Assembly: GCA_977020255.1 (NCBI GenBank)
Contig: CDROCS010005216.1
Span: 1-64,000 of the forward strand
Direction: 5' to 3'
DNA: 64,000 nucleotides
Source of the DNA: Obrimoposthia wandeli
Taxonomy: Eukaryota
Under the pieces are notes generated by a model that saw only the letters and a program-made list of their open reading frames with translations, searched no databases and was not told the DNA's origin. Below, one piece after another: positions 38,588 to 48,622 of the stretch (the first letter of the stretch is position 1; every line of letters starts with the position of its first letter). A program made the position numbers and the translations under genes.

Positions 38588-39346
38588 TTGCCAATGAAAA
38601 GAGTTTTACTCAATTACAGCGTTCTATTTATCAGTGCAGTGTTATCTTTTTTAACAGAGGCTAAACAGGTTGTAATGGCGTTTAGTCAAGATATTCCGCC
38701 TTATATTTTTCAGCAAAAAAATAATGGTATTGAAATCGATATTATTGCAGCTGCATTGGCATATAAAGGTCACAAACTTAAACCGTTATATTTTCCCTTA
38801 GGTCGAATTCCTATCGCTTTTAGTCATCATTTAGTGGATGCAGCAATGGGAGACATGGGGGTAGATCTAAAATCACATGGTGGGTTTTATGCTGAGCCTG
38901 CCGTTATTTACGACAATATTTTCATTACTTTGAAAAGCCGAAATATTTCTATAAAAGCACCCAATGATTTGGATCTACTTAGCATAGTATCGTTTCAAGG
39001 TGCTGAAAAACGCTATCCTAAATGGCTAAAGAAAGCTGATGAAGAAAAAAGATTTTATGGTGTTAGTGACCAGTTGACACAAGTGAAATTGCTGCGATTT
39101 GGGCGTTATGATGTCGTACTCAGCGATCGTTATATTTTTAGATATTTTGCGAAACAAGAGTCGTTATTGAAGGTGTTTGAGCCGAATGAATTTGAAGAGC
39201 ATAACTTTAATCTCATGATAAACCAAAAAGACTATCAGCCAGTATTTAGAGACAAACAGATACGGAATGACTTCAATCAGGGACTAAAGGTATTAAAGGA
39301 AAGTGGGGAGTTCCAAAAAATATACGATGCTTATATGGTGTTTTAA
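38588..39346 (+). CDS. Orphan periplasmic substrate-binding-like protein (SBP_bac_3-type fold)
   Basis: Signal peptide, DIPPYIF, GIEIDII, PLGRI, QVKLLRFGRYDVV and FNQGLKVLKESGEFQKIYDAY; no ABC permease nearby. Confidence 0.75.
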   Translation: MPMKRVLLNYSVLFISAVLSFLTEAKQVVMAFSQDIPPYIFQQKNNGIEIDIIAAALAYKGHKLKPLYFPLGRIPIAFSHHLVDAAMGDMGVDLKSHGGFYAEPAVIYDNIFITLKSRNISIKAPNDLDLLSIVSFQGAEKRYPKWLKKADEEKRFYGVSDQLTQVKLLRFGRYDVVLSDRYIFRYFAKQESLLKVFEPNEFEEHNFNLMINQKDYQPVFRDKQIRNDFNQGLKVLKESGEFQKIYDAYMVF

Positions 39347-39730
39347 TTTTTCTGATGCATAATCATGCTCTAATGCGTTAGGAATAATCAGCTTCATTGT
39401 ATTATGTTGTGCCTCTTGCAAGTGCATTGCTTTTAGTTACTTTGGATTTGCGCAATCGAGTGTGCGTAATTAAAGTCTGCTTGTAATGTCTGTTTAATAA
39501 CACTTTACAAACATGAGCATTTATAATTTATCAGACTAGTCATAATAGCAACACCGGAGTTATCATCAGTGGCCTGATAAGTTATTAATCGAGCGCCTTG
39601 CAATGAAATATATTTTTAATACAACACGATCAAAAACTTAACGTAATTCGTATCATTAGTTTTTATTGTACATAGAATAATTTCTCAGTAAAATACTCTA
39701 CGCGGTAATATTAGCCGCATACATAATGTT

Positions 39731-39903
39731 TTAATCTCAGGGCGGGGCGAAACTCCCCACCGGCGGTAACTTAACAATGAGTCATTCCTGATTTATTTTA
39801 AGGCAGCCCGCGAGCGCTCTTATTTGCTTTATTTAGCAATTGGAGGTCAGCAGATCTGGTGTGACTCCAGAGCCGACGGTTATAGTCCGGATGAGAGAGT
39901 TTA
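39731..39903 (+). ncRNA. FMN riboswitch (RFN element)
   Basis: TCAGGGCGGGGCGAAACTCCCCACCGGCGGT ... GCCCGCGAGCG ... GTCAGCAGATCTGGTGTGACTCCAGAGCCGACGGTTATAGTCCGGATGAGAGAG, upstream of ribB. Confidence 0.96.
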
Positions 39904-40042
39904 AGGCAATCCTTTTTTTAGCGATCAGTTGCAGCGGTTTACCCGTATCATAACTGAGGGCTAAACGAATCGTTTGTTTACAGAAAATAGTTTTCTGTAT
40001 CTCTTTGCGCCCTGATTCTGGTAACTAAAGAGGAAATTTACC

Positions 40043-40690
40043 ATGAGTCAGTCACTACTTAGTCAATTTGGCAACGCCTTTCAAAGGGTCGAGTCTGCAG
40101 TAAATGCACTTAAATCCGGTAAAGGCATATTATTAGTAGACGATGAAGATCGCGAAAATGAAGGCGACCTTATTTTTTCAACCCAACATATCACTCAACA
40201 ACAAATGGCGATGATGATCCGAGAGTGTAGCGGTATTGTTTGTTTAGTTTTAGAGCAAGATGATGTTGAGCGGCTTAATCTACCGCAAATGGTATCAGTG
40301 AATAACAGCCGAAATAAAACAGCTTATACTGTTTCAATTGAAGCTAAGCATGGTGTTACAACCGGTGTTTCGGCAGCTGATAGAATTTGCACCATTCAAA
40401 CTGCAGCCAATCCAGATAGTAAAGCCGATGATCTTAATACTCCTGGTCACATCTTTCCCTTGCTCGCTGATTCAGGTGGCGTTCTCGCTAGAAGAGGTCA
40501 TACAGAAGGCACTTTAGATTTAATCAAGCTCGCGGGATTAACATCGAAAGGCATTCTATGCGAATTGACCAATCAAGATGGCACAATGGCGAGGCTACCA
40601 GAGGTATGTCAGTTTGCTATTAAACATGAAATGATAGTGTTGAGCATTGAAGATATCGTTAAATATCGTGCTTTGAACTTAAATCTTTAG
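40043..40690 (+). CDS. ribB: 3,4-dihydroxy-2-butanone 4-phosphate synthase
   Basis: [44 protein letters not shown] and ILCEL; stand-alone RibB under an FMN riboswitch. Confidence 0.96.
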   Translation: MSQSLLSQFGNAFQRVESAVNALKSGKGILLVDDEDRENEGDLIFSTQHITQQQMAMMIRECSGIVCLVLEQDDVERLNLPQMVSVNNSRNKTAYTVSIEAKHGVTTGVSAADRICTIQTAANPDSKADDLNTPGHIFPLLADSGGVLARRGHTEGTLDLIKLAGLTSKGILCELTNQDGTMARLPEVCQFAIKHEMIVLSIEDIVKYRALNLNL

Positions 40691-40699
40691 TTTTTAGTC

Positions 40700-40721
40700 A
40701 AGCCACTGGAGACAGTGGCTT
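40700..40721. terminator. Hairpin between convergent ribB and DUF3297 genes
   Basis: AAGCCACTG-GAGA-CAGTGGCTT. Confidence 0.6.
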
Positions 40722-40768
40722 CATTCATTTTTAAAGTCATTGAACGAGCAGTTTTTCACTGCTCATTA

Positions 40769-41017
40769 TTAACGATAAAATGCTGATACTGTTCCTTTTA
40801 CCTTCATTAAAAGCGGTTGTCCACGACGGTCTAATGCTTTATGTGTTGCGACTTTTACCCAACCTTCACTGATGCAATATTCTTCAACATCGAAACGCTC
40901 TTTATCGTTGAGCAAGATACCAATTTCGTGTTCAAAAACTTCTGCCACATGGTGAGGGCTGCGGGGATTAATCGAAAGACGATCCGGTAAATCTGGTTGC
41001 GACTTAGTGTCGTTCAT
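40769..41017 (-). CDS. DUF3297 family small protein
   Basis: LPDRLSINPRSP, VEEYCISEGWV, DRRGQP and GTVSAFYR pattern. Confidence 0.8.
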   Translation of the reverse strand: MNDTKSQPDLPDRLSINPRSPHHVAEVFEHEIGILLNDKERFDVEEYCISEGWVKVATHKALDRRGQPLLMKVKGTVSAFYR

Positions 41018-41472
41018 GTTCGTGACCTGTATGTAGTAAATAAAAGTGCGCTATTGTAGGCAAAATAAGCATGCCCCTCAATAGCCGTTAGCGTATTTAA
41101 AATCTCTTTTTTTACTTTATTAACCTCTGAACTGGATAACCGTGTTAATTAATGATTACATTAATGAAAATAATACTTTGTCACAGCGCAACACTCGCCT
41201 TAGTAGCGTGTCGCTGCGCCACTAACTATAAGTCGATGATATAGGTATTTTCAACGTTCAGCTCAGTATTCACGGCGGTGAACATCTTTATTATCGATAA
41301 TGTATCGTTTTGATCTTTTTCGATACCTTACCTATAAAGTCAATTTAAGGGTAAAAGTAGCTACTTAATCGGTATATTAAAAGCGCTCGACTGTCTTTTC
41401 TATCGTACGACTTAAGCGTGGTATTATTATCATATATTCTAAATTACTTGTTTCGAAATAAAGGCACAATAG

Positions 41473-41817
41473 ATGACACTGAAAAAGTTAGCAGAGCGTT
41501 TATATATATTAAAACCGCTATTAAACACGGTTTTTGTTATCAGTTTGGCTTTTATCGTATTTTTATTTTTTTCAGCATCGATTGAAAATCAAAACAGCTA
41601 TGCTGTGCCCAGCTTGTTACTCGCGACATGGAGTTTACTGTTAAGTGCACTAGTCGGTTTACTGGTTAATAGCCCTAGTGATGAGCCCACTAAAAGTTGG
41701 TTTGCAGCGATAAAAAAACGCTTAGCTAAGTTTTTGTTTAATGTTATCGCTATTGCTTTTGTTTTGATTAGCCTAGCATTGCTGTACGTAACGATAAAGC
41801 TATTGAGTTTGTCGTAA
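41473..41817 (+). CDS. Hypothetical small integral membrane protein (3-4 TM)
   Basis: 114-aa ORF with clear hydrophobic helices; no family recognised. Confidence 0.6.
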   Translation: MTLKKLAERLYILKPLLNTVFVISLAFIVFLFFSASIENQNSYAVPSLLLATWSLLLSALVGLLVNSPSDEPTKSWFAAIKKRLAKFLFNVIAIAFVLISLALLYVTIKLLSLS

Positions 41818-41937
41818 TCTACTTTAGTCATTTAATCATTAGCACGGTTAGTTAAGTTTACTCGCTAAGCCCTTGAGTTAAGATCTGAAGTTAAGTTCTG
41901 TAGTTAAGCCAAGTCGCGTTTATTTTTAAGGACCGCA

Positions 41938-42243
41938 ATGATAAAAAAATATTTACATGGCAAAGGCAAGATCGATAAAATTTTTCCTGATGATGATAAA
42001 GGCACTCACCATCAAAAATTTAGCGTTAAATTGAAAAATAATAAATCGGTGTTGGTGATACATAATATTGATGTTTGTCGACGCATTCCGGATCTAAAAG
42101 TTGGCTATGAAATTGAATTTTACGGCGTCTATCAGTGGAATCGCTTTGGTGGCTTAGTACATTGGACACATGGTGGCGAGTCACTTGCGGACACTGGCCA
42201 TAAAGCAGGTTGGATAAAATACAATGGCATGACTTATCAATAA
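41938..42243 (+). CDS. DUF3465 family protein
   Basis: PDDDKGTHHQKF, HNIDV, EFYGVYQWN, GGLVHWTH and GWIKYNGMTYQ; AAGGA SD. Confidence 0.8.
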   Translation: MIKKYLHGKGKIDKIFPDDDKGTHHQKFSVKLKNNKSVLVIHNIDVCRRIPDLKVGYEIEFYGVYQWNRFGGLVHWTHGGESLADTGHKAGWIKYNGMTYQ

Positions 42244-42415
42244 GTAATCGACTGAGCGACTTAATTTTTTGAATTCGCATTCGTATGACATTTATCCTTA
42301 TTACTAGCATTCTTATCAATGTAGATACAACAGTGAGAATGCTGACAGTAAAACTCAGGCACACTCACAAGCCATATCGATAACATTACATGAAGCTAGT
42401 GAATATCACAGTATT

Positions 42416-42443
42416 AAAAAAGGTGCTCAATTTGAGCACCTTT
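42416..42443 (-). terminator. Terminator for the catalase transcript
   Basis: AAAGGTGCTCAA-T-TTGAGCACCTTT stem, with a T run on the minus strand. Confidence 0.7.
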
Positions 42444-42568
42444 ATCACGATTAAGACCGTCACGCTTAAAGCTATATTTAATAAGTCAACGGCTATGAAA
42501 GCAATGCCTATAAGGTTATCCGCTTTATAACAGAGCGTACAGCCTCGTTAGTAATGTTTTTACAAAGC

Positions 42569-44014
42569 CTAAATCTCGTCTAAAGAGATATTAAGCGCTT
42601 TTGCAATACCTTCACCGTAAGCTTGTGCCGCTTTCAAACAGTTGCCTATATGGCGCTTTTGTACTTCAATTGATGCACCACCGATTGAAGCCGCTGTATT
42701 GGAAAATAGCACTTGCTGTTGCTCGGCTGTCATTAAGTTAAATAATGCGCCAGGCTGCGAGTAGTAATCTTCATCTTCTCGATGATCCCAATGCTTAGCA
42801 GAGCCCGATAAGCTTAGAGGCGGCTCTGAAAAATCAGGTTGCTCTTGCCATTCACCTTGACTATTTGGCTCATAGCCAATGGTGCCACCATGATTACCAT
42901 CAACGCGCATAGCGCCATCACGGTGATAACTGTGTACTGGGCAGCGCGGAGCATTCACAGGAATTGAGCTGTGGTTCACACCTAAGCGGTAGCGCTGAGC
43001 ATCGCCGTATGAAAACAATCGACCTTGTAGCATTTTGTCAGGTGAGAAACTAATGCCGGGTACAATGTTCGCAGGGTTAAAGGCAGCCTGTTCAACTTCA
43101 GCAAAGTAGTTTTCTGGGTTTCTATTTAGCTCTAAAATACCGACATCAATTAGCGGATAATCAGCGTGCGGCCATACTTTTGTTAAATCAAAAGGATTGT
43201 AAGGCGAATTTTGTGCTTGCTCGTCAGTCATCACTTGAATTTGTAACTGCCAAGACGGTTTTTCGCCGGCTTCTATGGTGTTGTATAAATCAGCTTGATG
43301 ACTTTCTCTGTCTTCACCTATGAGCTTATTTGCTTCGGCGTCAGTTAAATTTTTGATACCTTGATTCGATCTAAAATGAAATTTCACCCAAAAACGTTCA
43401 TTGTCAGCATTAATTAAGCTAAAGGTATGGCTACCAAAGCCATGCATATGACGATAACTGGCAGGAATACCACGTTCACTCATCACGATAGTCACTTGAT
43501 GCAATGCTTCGGGTAACGAAGTCCAAAAGTCCCAATTATTTTGGGCACTACGCATATTGGTGCGAGGGTCGCGTTTTACCGCATGATTTAAATCAGGAAA
43601 CTTAAGTGGATCGCGTAAAAAGAAAACCGGTGTATTATTACCTACCAGATCCCAATTGCCTTCTTCCGTATAAAACTTTAAAGCAAAGCCTCGGATGTCA
43701 CGTTCAGCGTCAGCGGCACCACGTTCACCAGCAACGGTACTAAATCGGGCAAAAAACTCTGTTTTTTTACCAATATCGGAGAATATTTTTGCACGGGTAT
43801 ATTGGCTAATATCGTGCGTTACGGTGAATGTGCCATAAGCGCTAGAGCCTTTGGCATGCATGCGTCTTTCTGGAATAACTTCACGATCAAAATGAGCTAA
43901 CTTTTCTAAAAACCAAACATCTTGTAGTAATTGTGGGCCCTGTTTTCCTGCAGTCATAATGTTTTGATTATCAGCAACAGGACAACCTGCGCTAGTCGTT
44001 AATTTCTTTTTCAT
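42569..44014 (-). CDS. katA: Monofunctional small-subunit heme catalase
   Basis: Distal His motif [26 protein letters not shown] and proximal Tyr [11 protein letters not shown]. Confidence 0.95.
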   Translation of the reverse strand: MKKKLTTSAGCPVADNQNIMTAGKQGPQLLQDVWFLEKLAHFDREVIPERRMHAKGSSAYGTFTVTHDISQYTRAKIFSDIGKKTEFFARFSTVAGERGAADAERDIRGFALKFYTEEGNWDLVGNNTPVFFLRDPLKFPDLNHAVKRDPRTNMRSAQNNWDFWTSLPEALHQVTIVMSERGIPASYRHMHGFGSHTFSLINADNERFWVKFHFRSNQGIKNLTDAEANKLIGEDRESHQADLYNTIEAGEKPSWQLQIQVMTDEQAQNSPYNPFDLTKVWPHADYPLIDVGILELNRNPENYFAEVEQAAFNPANIVPGISFSPDKMLQGRLFSYGDAQRYRLGVNHSSIPVNAPRCPVHSYHRDGAMRVDGNHGGTIGYEPNSQGEWQEQPDFSEPPLSLSGSAKHWDHREDEDYYSQPGALFNLMTAEQQQVLFSNTAASIGGASIEVQKRHIGNCLKAAQAYGEGIAKALNISLDEI

Positions 44015-44082
44015 TATTTATTCCTCTACCTGATTATTGATGTTGACAGAGTTAGCATAGTCGAAATATCTGTATATTAAAA

Positions 44083-44119
44083 ATCGATTGGTTTTATGGT
44101 TGTGATAGGTTTTTTCTAT
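44083..44119. promoter_or_regulatory. OxyR binding site upstream of catalase
   Basis: ATCG-N7-TTAT-N7-ATAG-N7-CTAT: 14 of 16 positions match ATAG-N7-CTAT-N7-ATAG-N7-CTAT. Minus-strand -10 TATGCT at 44054-44059. Confidence 0.8.
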
Positions 44120-44404
44120 TGATTTTGTGTTGATGTGGCTACAAGCGTTATAATTATATCAAGTGAATTAAATAGCGCTCTTCATGCAATAAATAGCACA
44201 CGGCAAGTTCAAGGTATGTAAGTGAGCAATCGAATGTTATTGGGGCTGATCACAAGGTAGAAAATTGGCTAAGTAGCCCCTTTTGAAGGTGGCAATAAAT
44301 TAGTCCGCTCGGTATTAAAAATTAACATAGCAAACACCGCTGATTTATAGGTGGGCATTTTGTGATGCTTTATAATGCTTTGTAATATTTTTTCGGAAAA
44401 AATA

Positions 44405-44434
44405 AAGCCCTAGCTAAATGAATAGCTAGGGCTT
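44405..44434 (-). terminator. fur terminator
   Basis: AAGCCCTAGCTA-N6-TAGCTAGGGCTT stem, with a T-rich tail on the minus strand. Confidence 0.75.
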
Positions 44435-44458
44435 AAATATTAATAATTTTTTATTAAA

Positions 44459-44902
44459 TTAAAACTGTGCTTTACGGTACTTCTCGCAAGCAACTTCATC
44501 TTCACATTCACCGTATAGGTATAAGCTGTGATTAGTCAATTTTACTTTATGTAATTTTGCTATATCTTCTTGGCGCTGTTCAATAACGTCATCTTCAAAC
44601 TCAATAACCTTGCCACAATTAAGGCAAACTAAATGGTCGTGATGTTTTTTATGGCTTAATTCAAATACTGACTTGCCGCCTTCAAAGTGATGACGAGAAA
44701 CAATACCTGCGTCATCAAATTGGTTTAATACACGATATACCGTTGCTAGCCCAATTTCTTCATGCTGCTCAAGTAAAATTTTGTACACGTCTTCAGCGCT
44801 GATGTGTTGGTTGTCTGGATTTTGTAAAATCGCTAAAATTTTGATGCGCGGCAGAGTAATTTTCAGTCCGGCTCTTTTTAGTTCTTCATTTTGTTCAGGC
44901 AT
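44459..44902 (-). CDS. fur: Ferric uptake regulator
   Basis: AGLKITLPRIKIL, HISAEDVY, IGLATVYRVLNQF and HHDHLVCLNCG. Confidence 0.97.
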   Translation of the reverse strand: MPEQNEELKRAGLKITLPRIKILAILQNPDNQHISAEDVYKILLEQHEEIGLATVYRVLNQFDDAGIVSRHHFEGGKSVFELSHKKHHDHLVCLNCGKVIEFEDDVIEQRQEDIAKLHKVKLTNHSLYLYGECEDEVACEKYRKAQF

Positions 44903-45114
44903 TAATTTAAATCTCTACATCGGGCTTTCATTTAAAGAAAATTATAAGAGGTTATGCCTTTAGTTGAAAGCGATAGTTGTCATTGATTATCAATTTTGTT
45001 GGTTTTATTGACCTAAGACGGCATAATATCTTTTCTGGTCTGATGAGTTTTGTTATATAAACCATACGATTTATGCGGGTACTCAGCCTTTAAAATTAAT
45101 CTGAAGGAAATTAC

Positions 45115-45567
45115 ATGTTTCAAAAAGCTTGGCAAATGAAGTTATTATTAAATATTTGGCCACCATTCTTATTTACAGGCATTAGAATTGTCGATATTTC
45201 TGATGACTTTCGCAAAGCCAAAGTGCGTTTAAAGCTCAGTATATTCAACCAAAATGCAGTGGGTGTACATTTTGGCGGCTCGTTATACGCCATGACCGAT
45301 CCATTTTGCATGTTAATGATCATGTCACGCTTAGGTAAAGACTATATCGTTTGGGATAAGTCAGCAGATATCGATTATATTAAACCGGGTAAGGGCACCG
45401 TGACGGCTGAGTTTTTGATCACTGATGCCTTAATTGACGATATTCTAGTGCATACAGCACAAGGTGAAAAATACCTCCCGATAATACCTGTCTATGTTAA
45501 AGATGCCCAAGGCGAGGTTGTCGCTAAGCTCAACCGTACATTGTATATTCGTAAGAAAAAAGTGTAA
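45115..45567 (+). CDS. Hotdog-fold thioesterase-like protein (DUF4442/YiiD-like)
   Basis: NIWPPFLFTGIRI, NQNAVGVHFGGSLYAMTDP and YIVWDKSADIDYIKPG. Confidence 0.8.
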   Translation: MFQKAWQMKLLLNIWPPFLFTGIRIVDISDDFRKAKVRLKLSIFNQNAVGVHFGGSLYAMTDPFCMLMIMSRLGKDYIVWDKSADIDYIKPGKGTVTAEFLITDALIDDILVHTAQGEKYLPIIPVYVKDAQGEVVAKLNRTLYIRKKKV

Positions 45568-46086
45568 TAACGTTGCACTAAATACCAATGGTTTGAGTTT
45601 GAAAGTGAAGGCCATGTCTTTTTTAATGATGAGAATTGGTATAAATGCTATCAGCATGTTCTACAGTGTTTAGACCAGCATAATCCTGTGGCGCCTAAAT
45701 AAGCTGAATTAATGAAAGGGCTTTTGGTTACCACTAAATGTCAAATCAATGTCAAACGTTAACGTTATATATCATAGCCCAAGTGAGGAATAGTACATCG
45801 CCTTATATAGCCGCTATTGGGTGGGGGAATTGCTTATCGTGGGAGGTATAATGATAAGCTGATATTTTAGCGTGTACAGCAAAAAGTGAGAAATATCTCC
45901 CTGAAACCCCTGTTGATGTTGAAGATAGCCAAGACGAGGTCGTCACTAAGTTTAGTTGTACGTTATATATTCGCAATAAAAAATCACTGTAAAGTTGCGC
46001 TAAAACAAATAATGATTATATTTTTTTTAACCGCAGTATGATTTTGTTTATACTCGTATTTTTATTTTAATCAGGATGATTTAAAT

Positions 46087-47694
46087 ATGATCAAGCCATT
46101 ATCACTAGCAAAAAAAATAAACATTATTTTGGTACTCTTTGCCATTATATTTCTCAGTACCACGGTGACTTTTTTCTGGTTTGATGAAAAGGCACTTAGT
46201 GAAAAGTTTGTTAAAAATAACTTAGAAAACCTCGCGTTGAATTACTTTGATGTTGTTAATACCATGATGTTAACGGGTACAGTCGCGAATCGAAAAATAG
46301 CCCAACAAAAAGCGCTTAGCCAAGAGGAAATTGTTGAAGCTAGAATTATTAGAGCGCCAGCGTTAATAAAAACCTTTGGTGAAGGTTTTGACGACCAAGC
46401 TGCAAAGGACGATTTTGAGCGTAGCGGCTTACTCGGTAATAAAGCCTTCAAATATATTAAGCAAGACGATAAGAACATGATGAGCTTTATTTTGCCGATC
46501 CGTGCACAAAGCAATTATCGTGGTACTAACTGTTTGGCCTGTCATCAGGTTGCTGAAAACGAAATTCTTGGCGCGGTTAAAATTACCTATGATGTAACCA
46601 CCATAAATAAAGAGATTAATGAATCGATTGCTAAAGCTGGGTTGCTACAGCTGATTATTACGGTGATTTGTTTTGGCCTATTGAGCTTTATGTTTAATAA
46701 ATTGGTTATTTCACGCTTACGTCGTTTGAAACATACCATTAATGAAGTTGAAGCAAATCTAGATTTAAATAAAAAAATACCAGTTAATTATGATGATGAA
46801 CTTGGTGCAGTATCTTTTGCCTTAAATAATATGATGGATAAATTTAAAGCAAGTTTTCTTTCTTTTTCTAACGCGACTGAACAACTCATTAACTCAGCAA
46901 AACATGTTGACAATATTTCTTTATTAACTCGAAAAGCGGTACTTAAACAAAAGAATGGTACAGACTCTGTTGCCGCAGCGATTAATGAGTTAGACGCTTC
47001 TGCAGATGAAGTGCAAAACAATACTGAACTCGCGGCAGAGAAATCAGTGCACGCGAGTCAAAGTGCTTCACAAGGGCTGATATTGGTTGATAGTGCGAAA
47101 GCAGGTATCAATCAGTTACGTGATCAAGTGATCGAAAACACGGCAATGATCACGCAATTAAGCCTTAAAACCAATGAGGTAGGTAGTGTACTTGAGGTAA
47201 TTACTGCTATTGCTGAACAAACTAACTTACTTGCTTTAAATGCTGCCATTGAAGCAGCGCGTGCCGGTGAACAAGGGAGGGGGTTTGCTGTTGTTGCTGA
47301 TGAAGTGAGAAGCTTAGCGACCAGAACGCGTGAATCAATTGATAAAATTCAGCTCACCATTGGAAGCCTACAAGTTGATGCAAAGCAGGCAGTAACGTCA
47401 ATGAATAATGTCAGCGAGCAAGCAAGCGAAAAAGCACAAGATGTGACAGATGTAGCGAGTTTACTTGAAGGTATTGCTAATCAAATTCGCGAGCTTGACG
47501 AATTAAACTGCCAAATATCGAACGCCGCGAAACAACAAAATATTGCCGCAGATGAGATAAATAAAAATGTGGTTGATATAAGCAATGTGGCTGAGCAATC
47601 AAGTGATGATGCGATTAAGGGGAAGCAGATCAGTGAAGAGTTATTAGCATTGGCTTATGAGCTTAATAGTCAGTTATCTAAATTCAAGCTTTAA
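46087..47694 (+). CDS. Methyl-accepting chemotaxis protein
   Basis: Two TM segments, HAMP (DELGAVS..N) and signalling core IAEQTNLLALNAAIEAARAGEQGRGFAVVADEVRSLA. The periplasmic domain carries a CLACH (CxxCH) motif. Confidence 0.93.
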   Translation: MIKPLSLAKKINIILVLFAIIFLSTTVTFFWFDEKALSEKFVKNNLENLALNYFDVVNTMMLTGTVANRKIAQQKALSQEEIVEARIIRAPALIKTFGEGFDDQAAKDDFERSGLLGNKAFKYIKQDDKNMMSFILPIRAQSNYRGTNCLACHQVAENEILGAVKITYDVTTINKEINESIAKAGLLQLIITVICFGLLSFMFNKLVISRLRRLKHTINEVEANLDLNKKIPVNYDDELGAVSFALNNMMDKFKASFLSFSNATEQLINSAKHVDNISLLTRKAVLKQKNGTDSVAAAINELDASADEVQNNTELAAEKSVHASQSASQGLILVDSAKAGINQLRDQVIENTAMITQLSLKTNEVGSVLEVITAIAEQTNLLALNAAIEAARAGEQGRGFAVVADEVRSLATRTRESIDKIQLTIGSLQVDAKQAVTSMNNVSEQASEKAQDVTDVASLLEGIANQIRELDELNCQISNAAKQQNIAADEINKNVVDISNVAEQSSDDAIKGKQISEELLALAYELNSQLSKFKL

Positions 47695-47775
47695 ACTTTA
47701 AACTCAAGGTTTATTTTTCATATCTATGTTTCAAATCGTATACTTTATGATGAGAAATATACCTCGAGGTAGTTA

Positions 47776-48004
47776 ACCTGAACTCTGGATAAGCAGCACT
47801 TGCTCAATCCTCCCTTTTAAGCCATTATCTGCGTTAAAACGTCGATAAATAGCTCGCTATTCATCAACGTTTTGCCTTGGAAATGGCATAAAATGAAGCA
47901 TTGATGGTGTCTATTCGTGATGTTCACCTTGCTATAGCATTTACTTTGCCACCTAAGCTTTTGATTCACTTGAGTATCAAGCACTCATTATCCAAAGTTC
48001 AGGT
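47776..48004. mobile_element. 229-bp MITE-like element, copy 2 (inverted relative to copy 1)
   Basis: TIRs ACCTGAACTCTGGATAA and TTATCCAAAGTTCAGGT (one mismatch); TAGTTA flanks both sides (47770-47775 and 48005-48010). Confidence 0.85.
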
Positions 48005-48022
48005 TAGTTAATCTCTAGATAC

Positions 48023-48047
48023 AAAAAAGCCAGCGAATAGCTGGCTT
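48023..48047 (-). terminator. fldA terminator
   Basis: AAGCCAGC-GAATA-GCTGGCTT with a T6 tail on the minus strand. Confidence 0.75.
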
Positions 48048-48073
48048 AATCAAGGTTACTGTACTGCAGCAAA

Positions 48074-48601
48074 TTAGTCTTCTAATTCAGCCAAGCAAAG
48101 TTCGTCGTAAATCTGTTTAACCCAAGCATCAACACGCTGCTCAGTTAACTCTGGTTGACGGTCTTCATCAATACATAGCCCGATAAAAGTATTCTCGTCA
48201 GTTAAGGCTTTAGAAGCTTCAAACTCGTAACCTTTCGTTGACCAGTTACCAACAACAATAGCGCCTTTAGATTCAACGATATCACGCAGTGGTTCCATTG
48301 CATCACAGAAGTACTCTGAGTAATCTTCTTGATCACCTAAACCAAAAATAGCGACCAACTTGTCAGTGAAATCAATTTCTTCCAATTCTGGTAAAAAATC
48401 ATCCCAATCACACTGGTTTTCACCGTAATACCAAGTAGGAATACCTAAGATTAATAAATCGAATTCAGCGATTTCTTCTTTGGTACTTTTGGCGATGTCT
48501 TTAACATCAACAAGCTTTTTACCCAATTTCTTTTGGATCATTTTGCCTACGGCTTCAGTATTTCCTGTGTCACTTCCGAAAAATAAACCTACAATTGCCA
48601 T
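48074..48601 (-). CDS. fldA: Flavodoxin (long chain)
   Basis: GLFFGSDTGNTE, LGIPTWYYGE, FGLGDQEDY and GLCIDEDRQPELT. Confidence 0.96.
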   Translation of the reverse strand: MAIVGLFFGSDTGNTEAVGKMIQKKLGKKLVDVKDIAKSTKEEIAEFDLLILGIPTWYYGENQCDWDDFLPELEEIDFTDKLVAIFGLGDQEDYSEYFCDAMEPLRDIVESKGAIVVGNWSTKGYEFEASKALTDENTFIGLCIDEDRQPELTEQRVDAWVKQIYDELCLAELED

Positions 48602-48622
48602 GATCTAACCTTTTATATCTGA

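Noticed and set aside
42026-42364. 112-aa minus-strand ORF
   Set aside because: Mostly antisense to the DUF3465 gene, with no convincing SD.
44972-44991. Possible Fur autoregulatory box upstream of fur (GATAGTTGTCATTGATTATC)
   Set aside because: Only the ends match and the spacing is off by one; too weak in AT-rich DNA.
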